Below the pieces are notes generated by a model, which saw nothing but the letters and a program-made list of their open reading frames with translations, did not search any database and was not told the origin of the DNA. Shown one piece after another: positions 40,872 to 50,360 of a stretch of DNA of 64,000 nt (its first letter is position 1; each line of letters opens with the position of its first letter). The position numbers were made by a program, and so were the translations under genes. The stretch spans positions 1,360,188 to 1,424,187 of the forward strand of contig JAMPEV010000001.1 of the NCBI GenBank assembly GCA_023664955.1. Direction: 5' to 3'. Source of the DNA: Duncaniella sp. (lineage in GTDB: Bacteria; Bacteroidota; Bacteroidia; Bacteroidales; Muribaculaceae).

Positions 40872-40965
40872 CCTTAATTCAATGTTTTAACATTTTTTAT
40901 TAAACATGGTCCCCTATGCCTTGTTATATAATTAAACATGTTAAACAATTATTTGAATCAATACT

Positions 40966-41295
40966 ATGCTTGATACTAACTATCATTTTGGAGACGTTTA
41001 TGTCCTTAATCCTCAGATTGAAGCATCTGACGAGAATGTGAAATTTCACGAAATTTGGAAAAATAATAATGGTGGAGTTGTACTCCTCGCTTTCAAAGCC
41101 GGACAGGAGTTAACCACTCACACAGCACCGGCCGACGTGATGGTAAATGTGCTCGAAGGCGAGATTGAATTCACTATGAATGGCCATATGTCAGTCATCC
41201 TCAACGGTGAATTTCTCCTCATGGGTGCAAACGTACCTCATAGCGTCAAAGCTGTAAAAGACTCAAAGGTAATGCTCGTAAAGATTAAAGAATAG
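40966..41295 (+). CDS. Cupin domain protein
   Basis: [14 protein letters not shown]...VLEGEIEF...PHSVKA. Confidence 0.88.
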   Translation: MLDTNYHFGDVYVLNPQIEASDENVKFHEIWKNNNGGVVLLAFKAGQELTTHTAPADVMVNVLEGEIEFTMNGHMSVILNGEFLLMGANVPHSVKAVKDSKVMLVKIKE

Positions 41296-41300
41296 TTCTT

Positions 41301-41580
41301 ATGGAAAACAACCTGAAATGTTCTGTTACCAGTGTCAGGAAACAGCACGGTGAAAAGGATGTGAACTACGCGGAATTACCGATTGCCTATAACATAGCAT
41401 GGTATGAGCAAAAAGCCATTATCGTCCTCCTCTCTCCTAGCACTTGGTGTTCGCAATATCCACTCAGGTCCTACACTACCTGCGTTCTTTACACCCGACA
41501 TTCTAAAGGTGCTTCAAGAACATTTCAACATCGAAACCATCTCAACTGTCGATAACGACATTAAGAACTTGATTGGTTAG
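41301..41580 (+). pseudogene. hcp: Hybrid-cluster protein (hydroxylamine reductase) remnant: N- and C-termini only, with frameshifts and a stop
   Basis: 41318-41362 reads [14 protein letters not shown] (Hcp N-terminal Cys motif). Next come [20 protein letters not shown] and, after a shift, [26 protein letters not shown]...DIKNLIG* (Hcp C-terminus). Confidence 0.88.
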
Positions 41581-41638
41581 GTATAATCAATTACTATTAA
41601 TAAAACAAAAAACTAATTTTCAACAATTTATTTAGATT

Positions 41639-41803
41639 ATGGACAAATACGTATGCGAAGTATGTGATTGGGTATACGACCCGGCAGTAGGTGACCCCGA
41701 CGGTGGCATTCAGCCAGGGGTAGCTTTTGAGGATCTTCCCGATGATTGGGTATGCCCTATCTGCGGTGTGGGCAAAGACCAGTTCAAGAAAGTCGATGAA
41801 TAA
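41639..41803 (+). CDS. Rubredoxin
   Basis: Not in the ORF track. Manual translation [54 protein letters not shown]. Confidence 0.96.
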   Translation: MDKYVCEVCDWVYDPAVGDPDGGIQPGVAFEDLPDDWVCPICGVGKDQFKKVDE

Positions 41804-41842
41804 TCGACATCCTTTTATCAAAATTGTAATAAACTAGCATTC

Positions 41843-41878
41843 ATAATTGTAGCCCGCAATATTGCGGGCTACAATTAT
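41843..41878. terminator. 36-bp perfect palindrome, probable bidirectional terminator
   Basis: ATAATTGTAGCCCGCAAT|ATTGCGGGCTACAATTAT between the convergent rubredoxin and TolC genes. Confidence 0.8.
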
Positions 41879-41932
41879 TCGTCTAACAAAATAAGGCTTA
41901 TGGCCTTGCACTGATTATCAATTTATCATCAA

Positions 41933-43117
41933 TTATATATATCGCGAAAGTTTTGCCAACGACTGATTGTATTCGTAAAGGGTATCAAGGTAGTTGATGC
42001 GGGCCGTGTGGAAATAGTGTACTTCCTGAAGATATGTAATAAATGAAATTTCACCAGCGTCGAGGGCCTTTTTCAAAAGCTCGAAATTAGAATCTCCCTC
42101 AATCACCATATTATACTTTTCAATCAATTTCCTCAGTTCCACAGCCTGGCGATATGCCCCATTCATTTCCGCAACTCTTTGCGCCACTTGCATTTCCGCT
42201 TCATAATTAATAGCATCCCCACGCAATTGAGCTGCTTTAACATTATGACTTTTCTTTAGGAAGGGTAAACTGACACTGAATGAAAAGCCATTGAATCTAT
42301 CACCGTTTTCCAATTCATGGACATATCCCAAAGAGAACCCTGGAAGTCGGCTAAGTTTTTCAACTTTTACTAAAGATTTATTAGCTTCAATCGAAGACAA
42401 CGATGCAGCATACTGAGGATCACGTTCTTTCACCACATTAATGTTAGGACGCAAGACGGCCAAATCATATGCCGGATAATCGTCTCCGACCTTTGACAAC
42501 AAACCCTCTACCCCCAGGCCACCATTTAGAGCTTCAAGAGCGGATTCCAATACCGAATATTGCCCTTTGAGCGATTCGAGTTCACGGTCTATGTCAATTT
42601 TCTCAATCACAGCCTTGTTATAGTCGAGACGGGTTTGCTGTTTCTGTTCCATCAAGATGCGATAGGTCTCTACAAGTTTGCCCATGCTTTCCGACAGTTT
42701 AGATAGAGCATTGATTTTCTGACGTGTGTAAATAATATCAATAAGCATCTGGCGGACTTCCATCTTCACATCCATCATCGATGCCTCACGAAGATATTGC
42801 ATGGCATAACTAGATTTTTTAATCGCATCCCTTCTGGCAGCATAAACACCCGGCCAATCAAACGACTGCGAAATGGAAACACTTAACTTGTTTCCGACTT
42901 CTTTTGAATCACCCCAAAGATGGTCAAAACCTATTTCCGGTGCCTCAAGTGTATTTCCATCCCGCATCTCCTCTAAGGCAGCTTCATCGATGGCAAGATT
43001 GTACTTTGCAGTCAGATTATTGGTGGCAATAGTGTTGACCACCTCATCAAAGCTATCGGCCCTACCAGTCAAACCACTAAAGAGAAGAACACCAATAAGT
43101 ATATTTTTATAATTCAT
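41933..43117 (-). CDS. TolC-family outer-membrane efflux protein (CzcC-like)
   Basis: SISQSFDWP, LP...LGY and LLKKALDAGEIS...Y. Last gene of the RND operon. Confidence 0.88.
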   Translation of the reverse strand: MNYKNILIGVLLFSGLTGRADSFDEVVNTIATNNLTAKYNLAIDEAALEEMRDGNTLEAPEIGFDHLWGDSKEVGNKLSVSISQSFDWPGVYAARRDAIKKSSYAMQYLREASMMDVKMEVRQMLIDIIYTRQKINALSKLSESMGKLVETYRILMEQKQQTRLDYNKAVIEKIDIDRELESLKGQYSVLESALEALNGGLGVEGLLSKVGDDYPAYDLAVLRPNINVVKERDPQYAASLSSIEANKSLVKVEKLSRLPGFSLGYVHELENGDRFNGFSFSVSLPFLKKSHNVKAAQLRGDAINYEAEMQVAQRVAEMNGAYRQAVELRKLIEKYNMVIEGDSNFELLKKALDAGEISFITYLQEVHYFHTARINYLDTLYEYNQSLAKLSRYI

Positions 43118-43131
43118 AATTAAATCAATTC

Positions 43132-46100
43132 TTATTTTACAACGGAAATTTCACATTTTTGTTTTGACTCACGATGTTTCTCTACCATATAATAAGAAAG
43201 TGGGACGATGAAAACGTTTAGAATCGTAGAAGTCAGAAGACCTCCCAATATCACAGTGGCGAGTGGTGACTGAATTTCATTTCCGGGTTGATTACCATTG
43301 ATAGCCAAGGGAATCAAAGCCAAAGCCGAGCTCAATGCCGTCATCAATATCGGATTCAATCTGTCAGTCGACCCCTTCATTATCCTTTCCATAAGCCCCA
43401 TTCCCTCATCATGAAATTGATCGTAGCGCGACATGAGCAACATACCGTTTCGTGTCGTTATGCCAAGCAATGAGATGAATCCGATAATTGCAGGTATATT
43501 AAGCTCCCCTGATGTGAGTCGTAATATGAATATCCCACCAATAATGGCAAGCGGCATATTCAAAAGTATAATTACAGACTGAGTGGTGTCATGAAACTGC
43601 GCATACAGTAACAAATAAATGATTACTAAAGCTATGAGTGATATCAAAGCAAGAGTCCTTGAGGCCTTAGCCTCATTCTCAAATTGACCGCCATAGGTGA
43701 TATAATATCCTTCAGGTAGCGTGATATCCTCATTAACCTCATCCTGTATATCGTTAACCACACTACGTAAATCCCTATCAGCTACGTTGGCGGAAATCAC
43801 TATTCTGCGGCTTACGTTCTCCCTGTTTATTGTATTGGGACCTGTGGTAGAAACTATTTCCGCCACCATACTCAACGGCACTTTTCCACGTTGAGTATCA
43901 ATCATCATGTTGGAAATATCTTCGATACTACCTCTTCCTTCCGGCTCCATGCGCAATGTCAAGTCATATGGGATTCCATTTTCGTAGACTTGCGATACAG
44001 TTTCTCCTCCAAGCATCACATTAACATAATCAGCAAATTGGCTCATCGTGACGCCATAATATGCGAGCATATCACGTCGTGGGCGTATATCGAGTTGGGG
44101 GCGCTGCACCTGTTGTTCGATGTTAACATCGACAACACCCTCAACTTCCGACACCGAACTCTTTATCTTATTACCAATATTATATAAACGAGTAAGATCA
44201 TCGCCAAATAATTTTATGGCAATCTGAGCCTCTGTTCCGGAAAGCATTGCATCAATGCGGTGAGAAATAGGCTGTCCGATTTCAATATTTGCTCCCGGAA
44301 GGTGTGACAACTTATGTCGCAATTCGGCCAGCATGGCTTTACGGTCTCTCTTGTCAAGTGTATATGGAGCCTCAATCTCCGAAACGTTGACGCCCAACGA
44401 GTGTTCGTCGAGTTCCGCACGTCCTGTCTTTCGTGCCACAGTTGAGATTTCAGGCATTGAAAGGATAATCTTCTCCGCCTCCCTTCCAAGTCTGTCGCTC
44501 TCCTCCAAAGAGATACCGGGTAGAGTGCTGACATTGATAGTGAGCGACCCCTCGTTGAATGACGGCAAGAACCCACGTCCAAGCGTAAAAAACACACCTA
44601 AAGCTACTAAAAAGAGCACACCGGTGGCAATGAATATCTGGCGGATGTGAGAAAATGACTTTTCCAATGCTCCCGTATATGCAACTCTCAACTTACGTGC
44701 TACCCACGACTCGCGGTCAAGACTCTTAGCCACATTTTCACCCCCTAACAGATAGCTACACAGAACAGGCGTAACCGTTAAAGCCACTATAGTCGACGCA
44801 ATCAGTGCGACTATAAATGAAATGCCAAGCGGTTTCAACATTTTACCCTCAATTCCGTCAAGAAAAAAGAGCGGCAAGAAGCTTGCCATGATTATGAGTG
44901 ATGAATTGAAGATTGGGAGTCGTACCTCCTTTGAAGCATTATATACTACCTGAAGAATCGGCTCCTTACGTTTCAGATTCTCTCTCAATCGCTTATACAC
45001 ATTCTCAACATCCACAATAGCATCATCCACGAGCGAGCCGATTGCGATGGCAATGCCGCCCAGACTCATCGTGTTAATAGTGAGTCCAAGTCCATGAAGC
45101 ACAAGTACAGTTACAATTATTGACAAAGGAAGCGCGACAAGCGATATAAGCGTAGTCCTCACATTCATGAGGAAGAAGAAAAGTATCACTATCACAAATA
45201 TAGCCCCGATAAAGAGAGATTCTTGAAGGTTCCCAATGGAATTAGCTATGAAATCTGACTGACGGAATATGTCAGTGCTGATTTTCACGTCGCTTGGGAA
45301 TGTTCCCTTCAGCTGCTTGAGTTGCTCATCAATCTGTTCGGTAAGTTCAATTGTGCCTACAGCCGGTTGTTTAGTCACCGTAAGTAATACGGCCGGCCGG
45401 GTGTTGAGCGATGCGACTCCAATTTTAGGCTGCTGCGCACCAATCACAATCTCAGCCACATCACTCAGCATCACAATACCATTCTCATCGCTTTTCACAA
45501 CCGAAGCTCCCAATTCCTCGAGGTCGTTAGTAGTTAGATCGCCTTTTATTAGATATTCATTACCGTATTCGTATACCACACCGCCCGATGCATTATTATT
45601 CATATTCGCCACGGCATCACGGACTTCGGTCAAGGTAACACCGTGTTTCTGCATCGCCCCCTGTCTGAGCTGAATTTGGTATTCCTTAGCATCACCACCT
45701 ATCACAGACACCTGTGATATACCTGATAGAGACAACAACCTCGGTCTGATTTGCCAATCGGCTATCGTGCGAAGCTGCTCTTGGGTTGTTATGGAATCAG
45801 AGGTTAATCCAATAATTAGTATTTCACCAAGTATCGATGATTGCGGGCCAAGGGTAGGTTTGCCGACCCCGGGAGGGAAATTACCTTCCGTTTCGGTCAA
45901 TTTCTCAGTCACGATCTGGCGGTCACGGTACACGTCCGTTCCCCAATCGAATTCTATCCACACCACAGAAAAACCTGGCGCCGAGGATGACCGCACACGC
46001 CTCACCCCTTGAGCACCATTCACAGCTGTCTCTATGGGATATGTAACAACCTTTTCGATTTCTTCCGGTGTCATTCCCGGTGCTTCTGTCATAACCACCA

Positions 46101-46239
46101 CAGTTGGTGCGTTCAAATCGGGGAAAATATCCACTTCCGTGCGCAGGAGTACATACATGCCATACATCAACAACAATCCGGACAGCATGATGACTGCCAT
46201 ACGATTGTTAAGTGACATTTTTATTATCTTATTAAGCAT
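43132..46239 (-). CDS. Heavy-metal RND efflux permease (CzcA/CusA family)
   Basis: DIFPDL, LGGIAIAIGSLVDDAIVDVEN, RLNPILMTA and PLATVILGGL. Confidence 0.95.
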   Translation of the reverse strand: MLNKIIKMSLNNRMAVIMLSGLLLMYGMYVLLRTEVDIFPDLNAPTVVVMTEAPGMTPEEIEKVVTYPIETAVNGAQGVRRVRSSSAPGFSVVWIEFDWGTDVYRDRQIVTEKLTETEGNFPPGVGKPTLGPQSSILGEILIIGLTSDSITTQEQLRTIADWQIRPRLLSLSGISQVSVIGGDAKEYQIQLRQGAMQKHGVTLTEVRDAVANMNNNASGGVVYEYGNEYLIKGDLTTNDLEELGASVVKSDENGIVMLSDVAEIVIGAQQPKIGVASLNTRPAVLLTVTKQPAVGTIELTEQIDEQLKQLKGTFPSDVKISTDIFRQSDFIANSIGNLQESLFIGAIFVIVILFFFLMNVRTTLISLVALPLSIIVTVLVLHGLGLTINTMSLGGIAIAIGSLVDDAIVDVENVYKRLRENLKRKEPILQVVYNASKEVRLPIFNSSLIIMASFLPLFFLDGIEGKMLKPLGISFIVALIASTIVALTVTPVLCSYLLGGENVAKSLDRESWVARKLRVAYTGALEKSFSHIRQIFIATGVLFLVALGVFFTLGRGFLPSFNEGSLTINVSTLPGISLEESDRLGREAEKIILSMPEISTVARKTGRAELDEHSLGVNVSEIEAPYTLDKRDRKAMLAELRHKLSHLPGANIEIGQPISHRIDAMLSGTEAQIAIKLFGDDLTRLYNIGNKIKSSVSEVEGVVDVNIEQQVQRPQLDIRPRRDMLAYYGVTMSQFADYVNVMLGGETVSQVYENGIPYDLTLRMEPEGRGSIEDISNMMIDTQRGKVPLSMVAEIVSTTGPNTINRENVSRRIVISANVADRDLRSVVNDIQDEVNEDITLPEGYYITYGGQFENEAKASRTLALISLIALVIIYLLLYAQFHDTTQSVIILLNMPLAIIGGIFILRLTSGELNIPAIIGFISLLGITTRNGMLLMSRYDQFHDEGMGLMERIMKGSTDRLNPILMTALSSALALIPLAINGNQPGNEIQSPLATVILGGLLTSTILNVFIVPLSYYMVEKHRESKQKCEISVVK

Positions 46240-46326
46240 AGCACTAATTTAGAGAGGACTATTGCAACAAATTGTTTAACCAGTAATGAATCAGTCTTTA
46301 TATTTATACCCATTATTGAAGATAGA

Positions 46327-47445
46327 TCAATGGGAATGTGAGTGACCTTCGGGAACCACTGTTGAAGTTTCTGCGAGTTTGACAAATGTCACGCCCTTCA
46401 CCACCACGGAGTCACCCTGTGTTACCCCAGCCATAATTTCCACTCTCTTTCCGTCATTGCCACCTGTTTTCACAGGCACTTTTTCGTAACCGTGCTCATC
46501 CTTTTTGATGTATACAAACATTTCTCCCATCTGTTCCGAAAGTGCGGTAACTGGCACGGTCAATGCCTCAGCTTTCGCACTTCCTATTAAGAACACTTCT
46601 ACAGCCGAGCCAGGAGCCACGTCGCCATTGTTGTCAAATGTGAAATATACAGTCACATATCCGGGGGTGTCATTTCCATTTGCCACCGATCCTGAAAGTA
46701 ATTTTCCACCCCGATCTTGAAGCGTTATCAATCGATCAGTTTGGGTATCAAGTATATTTGCAGTCTCAATCAACGGTAAAAAACTTATATACCTCTGTGG
46801 GAGCATAGCCTTCAATGTCATGCGGGTACTTCTCGTCACAGTTGCTATCGGCTGCCCGGCTTCAACGTATGCGCCATCAGCAACCGTCACATTGCTAATC
46901 ACTCCGGCAATAGGGGAAACAGCAATTCCTCGTGCCGCCGAACCGCTATAGGCCGCCTTTGCAGCATCGTAGGCTTGCAGAGCGTCGTTGTAAGTTTTTT
47001 TGGTAACAATACCATCTTCAAGTAACGGTGTCACACGGTCGAGTTCTCGCTTCGCAGCATCGAGAGCCACCTTTGCCGCCTCATTTGAATCGCCACCGGT
47101 AATCCCTTTTGCCGAGATTGATGCTATATTCTGTCCGGCGTTTACCTTTCCGCCCTGCGTTACACCACTTGAAAGACGCACTACTCCCGATGTCGGAGCA
47201 GTTACCACAGCCTGGTCAGTGGATATGGGAAGTATCTCCCCGACAGTCTTAACGACTTCGTTAAAAGGCATTGAGACAACCTCCTTAGTTTCAATGCCAA
47301 ATCTAATTGCATCCTCAGGCTTCACCACTATCTCACCATCATCATGGTGGTGATGTTCACCCTCTTCATGCTCAGCTTCACTGTGTTGATGTGACGAACA
47401 AGCAGCCAAGGACACCGTCAAAATCATCGCATATATCTTCTTCAT
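46327..47445 (-). CDS. RND periplasmic adaptor lipoprotein, His-rich
   Basis: Lipobox LAAC, N-terminal HQHSEAEHEEGEHHHHDD, C-terminal GHSHSH, and SPIAG.I. Confidence 0.92.
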   Translation of the reverse strand: MKKIYAMILTVSLAACSSHQHSEAEHEEGEHHHHDDGEIVVKPEDAIRFGIETKEVVSMPFNEVVKTVGEILPISTDQAVVTAPTSGVVRLSSGVTQGGKVNAGQNIASISAKGITGGDSNEAAKVALDAAKRELDRVTPLLEDGIVTKKTYNDALQAYDAAKAAYSGSAARGIAVSPIAGVISNVTVADGAYVEAGQPIATVTRSTRMTLKAMLPQRYISFLPLIETANILDTQTDRLITLQDRGGKLLSGSVANGNDTPGYVTVYFTFDNNGDVAPGSAVEVFLIGSAKAEALTVPVTALSEQMGEMFVYIKKDEHGYEKVPVKTGGNDGKRVEIMAGVTQGDSVVVKGVTFVKLAETSTVVPEGHSHSH

Positions 47446-47909
47446 ATTATAACTGTATTTCTGGATTCATGGCTAATATAAATTCCCAACTTATACAGGG
47501 ATTTACATTTTACAGCAAAGTTAATCATTACCGTATGAATGTCAAAATATTTTCACCATTCTCAAGCCTATTACTTCAACTTTACCAATATATCATCCCT
47601 TATCCCTAAATTTCTGCTGCAAAATTACAATTGCTAAATCCAAAACGCTTTACAAAATTTCGGGAAATAATTATAATATTTCCCAATCATCAACCCAGTG
47701 TCCCACAAAGGAGGATGGCAGAGACCATGATTCCTTATTTTGTGTATAATTTCCTAATGAAAAATGAGGAAAATAGCTATTACACCTCTTATTGACGTCT
47801 ATTGTATTTCAAATTTGAGACTTTGCAGCACAGAAATTTCAAATCAATGGTCTTTATTTTTTTAAGTTTTGATTCAATTTTCCTACCTTTGTGCTGATTT
47901 TAAAACAAG

Positions 47910-48677
47910 ATGGACAAAGATATAACAATTGAAGGTATCAACCTACACTACACTGACTCTGAGACGGGCGAAAAAGTCATCATTATGATGCACGGCTGGG
48001 GTTGCAACCACACCACTCTTGCCTCTGTTGAGAAGGCAGCCCTCGCATGTGGATACAGGGTGATAAACGTCGACTTTCCCGGTTTCGGAGATTCACAAGA
48101 GCCTGCAACTGTGTGGGGTGTGGAGGAGTATACCGTCATGATGGAAAGACTCATTTCCAACTTGGGGATTAAAAAGCCCACCCTTCTCGGTCACTCTTTC
48201 GGTGGACGAGTAGGGCTTCTTTATGCTTCCCGCAACGATGTCGATAAACTAATACTCGTCGATGCGGCAGGAGTAAAACCGCATCGCACACTTCGATACT
48301 ATTGGAAGGTCTACACTTTCAAACTGATGAAACGCCTCATGTACCTCATTTACGGGAAGGGAAAAGCCGAAAAGCTTCTTGATGCGCGCCGTGCAAAAGC
48401 CGGTTCAAGCGACTACGCCAATGCCTCGCCGATGATGCGTCGCATCCTCTCAAAGGTTGTCAACGAGGACCTCACCTATTGCATGCCGTCGATTAAGGTT
48501 CCCACCCTTCTTATTTGGGGTGAAAATGACACCGCAACTCCACTTCGCGACGCAAAAGTGATGGAATCTCTCATCCCTGACGCCGGATTGGTCTCGTTTC
48601 CTAATTGCGGGCATTACAGTTTCCTTGACAACCCGCGCCAATTCGCAGCCGTTCTGCAAAGTTTTCTTAACAATTAA
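47910..48677 (+). CDS. Alpha/beta-fold serine hydrolase
   Basis: HGWG, DFPGFG, nucleophile elbow GHSFGG, WGENDTATP (Asp) and GHYSF (His). Promoter TACCTTTG at 47884-47891. Confidence 0.92.
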   Translation: MDKDITIEGINLHYTDSETGEKVIIMMHGWGCNHTTLASVEKAALACGYRVINVDFPGFGDSQEPATVWGVEEYTVMMERLISNLGIKKPTLLGHSFGGRVGLLYASRNDVDKLILVDAAGVKPHRTLRYYWKVYTFKLMKRLMYLIYGKGKAEKLLDARRAKAGSSDYANASPMMRRILSKVVNEDLTYCMPSIKVPTLLIWGENDTATPLRDAKVMESLIPDAGLVSFPNCGHYSFLDNPRQFAAVLQSFLNN

Positions 48678-48691
48678 AATAACATTTTAAT

Positions 48692-50272
48692 ATGTTAGCA
48701 ATAATAGCATTATTATTCACAGCGATACTGGTGGTGCTTGAATTTAAGCGCGACCTTATGATGCTCCAACAGAATTCCTACCGTAATGAACGTTACCGCC
48801 GCTGGCTCTCAACTTCGCGGGACTCCACATCCGCCATGCGACTCGTAAGCGGGGCCGTGGCATTGGCATCATTATCTACTCTTTCAGTGCCCTCGGTGTC
48901 GTTATCCTTGGTAAGCATCGTTGCAATTGTCAACATTATTATCCTTGCCAAAAGGAAATACAAGAAACCATTGGTAATGACTAAGCGTGCGTGGCGTATT
49001 CTCTCCGTGATGCTCCTGCTTGCCGCTATCACTCTTATCATTGTGATACTTTTCTGCCTTCGCAACGGCTACACGCTCGACCTTGTCGCCATATACCTAC
49101 TCCTCATCTACTGCTTCTCCCATCTCTTCGCTATGGCAGCAATCATATTGCTTAACCCGGTGGAAAAGCATATCAACAAAGGATATTACAACGATGCGAA
49201 AAGCATCCTCGACTCCATGCATGACCTTAAAATCGTCGGTATCACTGGCAGTTACGGCAAAACAAGCACCAAGCATTACCTAAACCGTATCCTCTCAGAG
49301 AAATACGATGTGATGATGACTCCGGGGAGCTTCAACACCACAATGGGGGTGATACGCACTATCAGGGAATACCTAAAGCCCTATAACGAGGTGTTCATCG
49401 TTGAAATGGGGGCAAAGCAAATCGGCGACATCAAAGAGATTTGCGACCTTGTCCATCCTCAGATTGGTATCATCACTGCAGTCGGTGAGCAGCATCTTGA
49501 ATCGTTCAAAACTATCGAAAATGTGCAACGCACAAAATTCGAGCTTATAGACTCGCTTCCGGCCGACGGACTCGCAGTTATTAACGATGATTTCCCCTTT
49601 GTGGCCAACCGCAAAGTTGGCAATGTGGAATGTGTTCGTTACGCGGTCTCAGCCACAGATGCCGCGGCATATTCGGCCGAGGATGTCACCTACTCCCCAG
49701 CCGGTACCACTTTCCGACTTTTAGGTCCTGATGGGTTGAACGTGGAATTCAGGACTCGCTTAGTGGGAGAATGCAACGTCTCCAACCTGCTTGCGGCCAT
49801 CATCGTGGCACTTCACCTTGAAGTACCTATAGAGAAAATACGCTATGCCGTCAGCCAGATTGAACAAGTAGAACATCGTCTCAACATGAAACGCACCGCA
49901 GGTGGCGTCACAATCATTGATGATGCATTCAATTCCAACCCCACAGGCTCTAAAATGGCTATGGATGTACTCTCAATGATGACCCCGGGTAAACGCATCG
50001 TGGTGACCCCGGGCATGATTGAGCTTGGGGAACGCCAGGCAGAACTCAATGAAGCCTTCGGACGAAAAATTGCAACCTGCGCCGACGAAGCCATAATTGT
50101 GGGGGAATATAACCGCGAAGCCATCGTTTCAGGTATTGAGAGCGTCACTCCTCGATCCGCACATGTCCATCAGGTAACAAGTTTCAACGAAGCCCAGAGC
50201 CTGCTGGCCACAATGCTCCGTCCGGGCGACACAGTGCTCTATGAAAATGACCTCCCTGATACCTTCAAGTAG
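48692..50272 (+). CDS. MurF-like Mur ligase with N-terminal membrane domain
   Basis: GITGSYGKTSTK, SFNT, VEMGA, QHLESF, HRL, IDDAFNSNP and PGMIELG. The first ~155 aa are multi-TM. Confidence 0.88.
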   Translation: MLAIIALLFTAILVVLEFKRDLMMLQQNSYRNERYRRWLSTSRDSTSAMRLVSGAVALASLSTLSVPSVSLSLVSIVAIVNIIILAKRKYKKPLVMTKRAWRILSVMLLLAAITLIIVILFCLRNGYTLDLVAIYLLLIYCFSHLFAMAAIILLNPVEKHINKGYYNDAKSILDSMHDLKIVGITGSYGKTSTKHYLNRILSEKYDVMMTPGSFNTTMGVIRTIREYLKPYNEVFIVEMGAKQIGDIKEICDLVHPQIGIITAVGEQHLESFKTIENVQRTKFELIDSLPADGLAVINDDFPFVANRKVGNVECVRYAVSATDAAAYSAEDVTYSPAGTTFRLLGPDGLNVEFRTRLVGECNVSNLLAAIIVALHLEVPIEKIRYAVSQIEQVEHRLNMKRTAGGVTIIDDAFNSNPTGSKMAMDVLSMMTPGKRIVVTPGMIELGERQAELNEAFGRKIATCADEAIIVGEYNREAIVSGIESVTPRSAHVHQVTSFNEAQSLLATMLRPGDTVLYENDLPDTFK

Positions 50273-50360
50273 GACTGACACTACACTAATTTTAATATAA
50301 CACTCTCCTTTTAAGATAATACTCTCCTCTTTTTTTATTTTGATTCAATCACAATCGATT

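Noticed and set aside
41301-41555. 84-aa intact hypothetical protein
   Set aside because: It is a chimeric reading of the frameshifted hcp remnant.
41597-41821. 74-aa minus-strand ORF
   Set aside because: It is antisense to the clear rubredoxin gene at 41639-41803.
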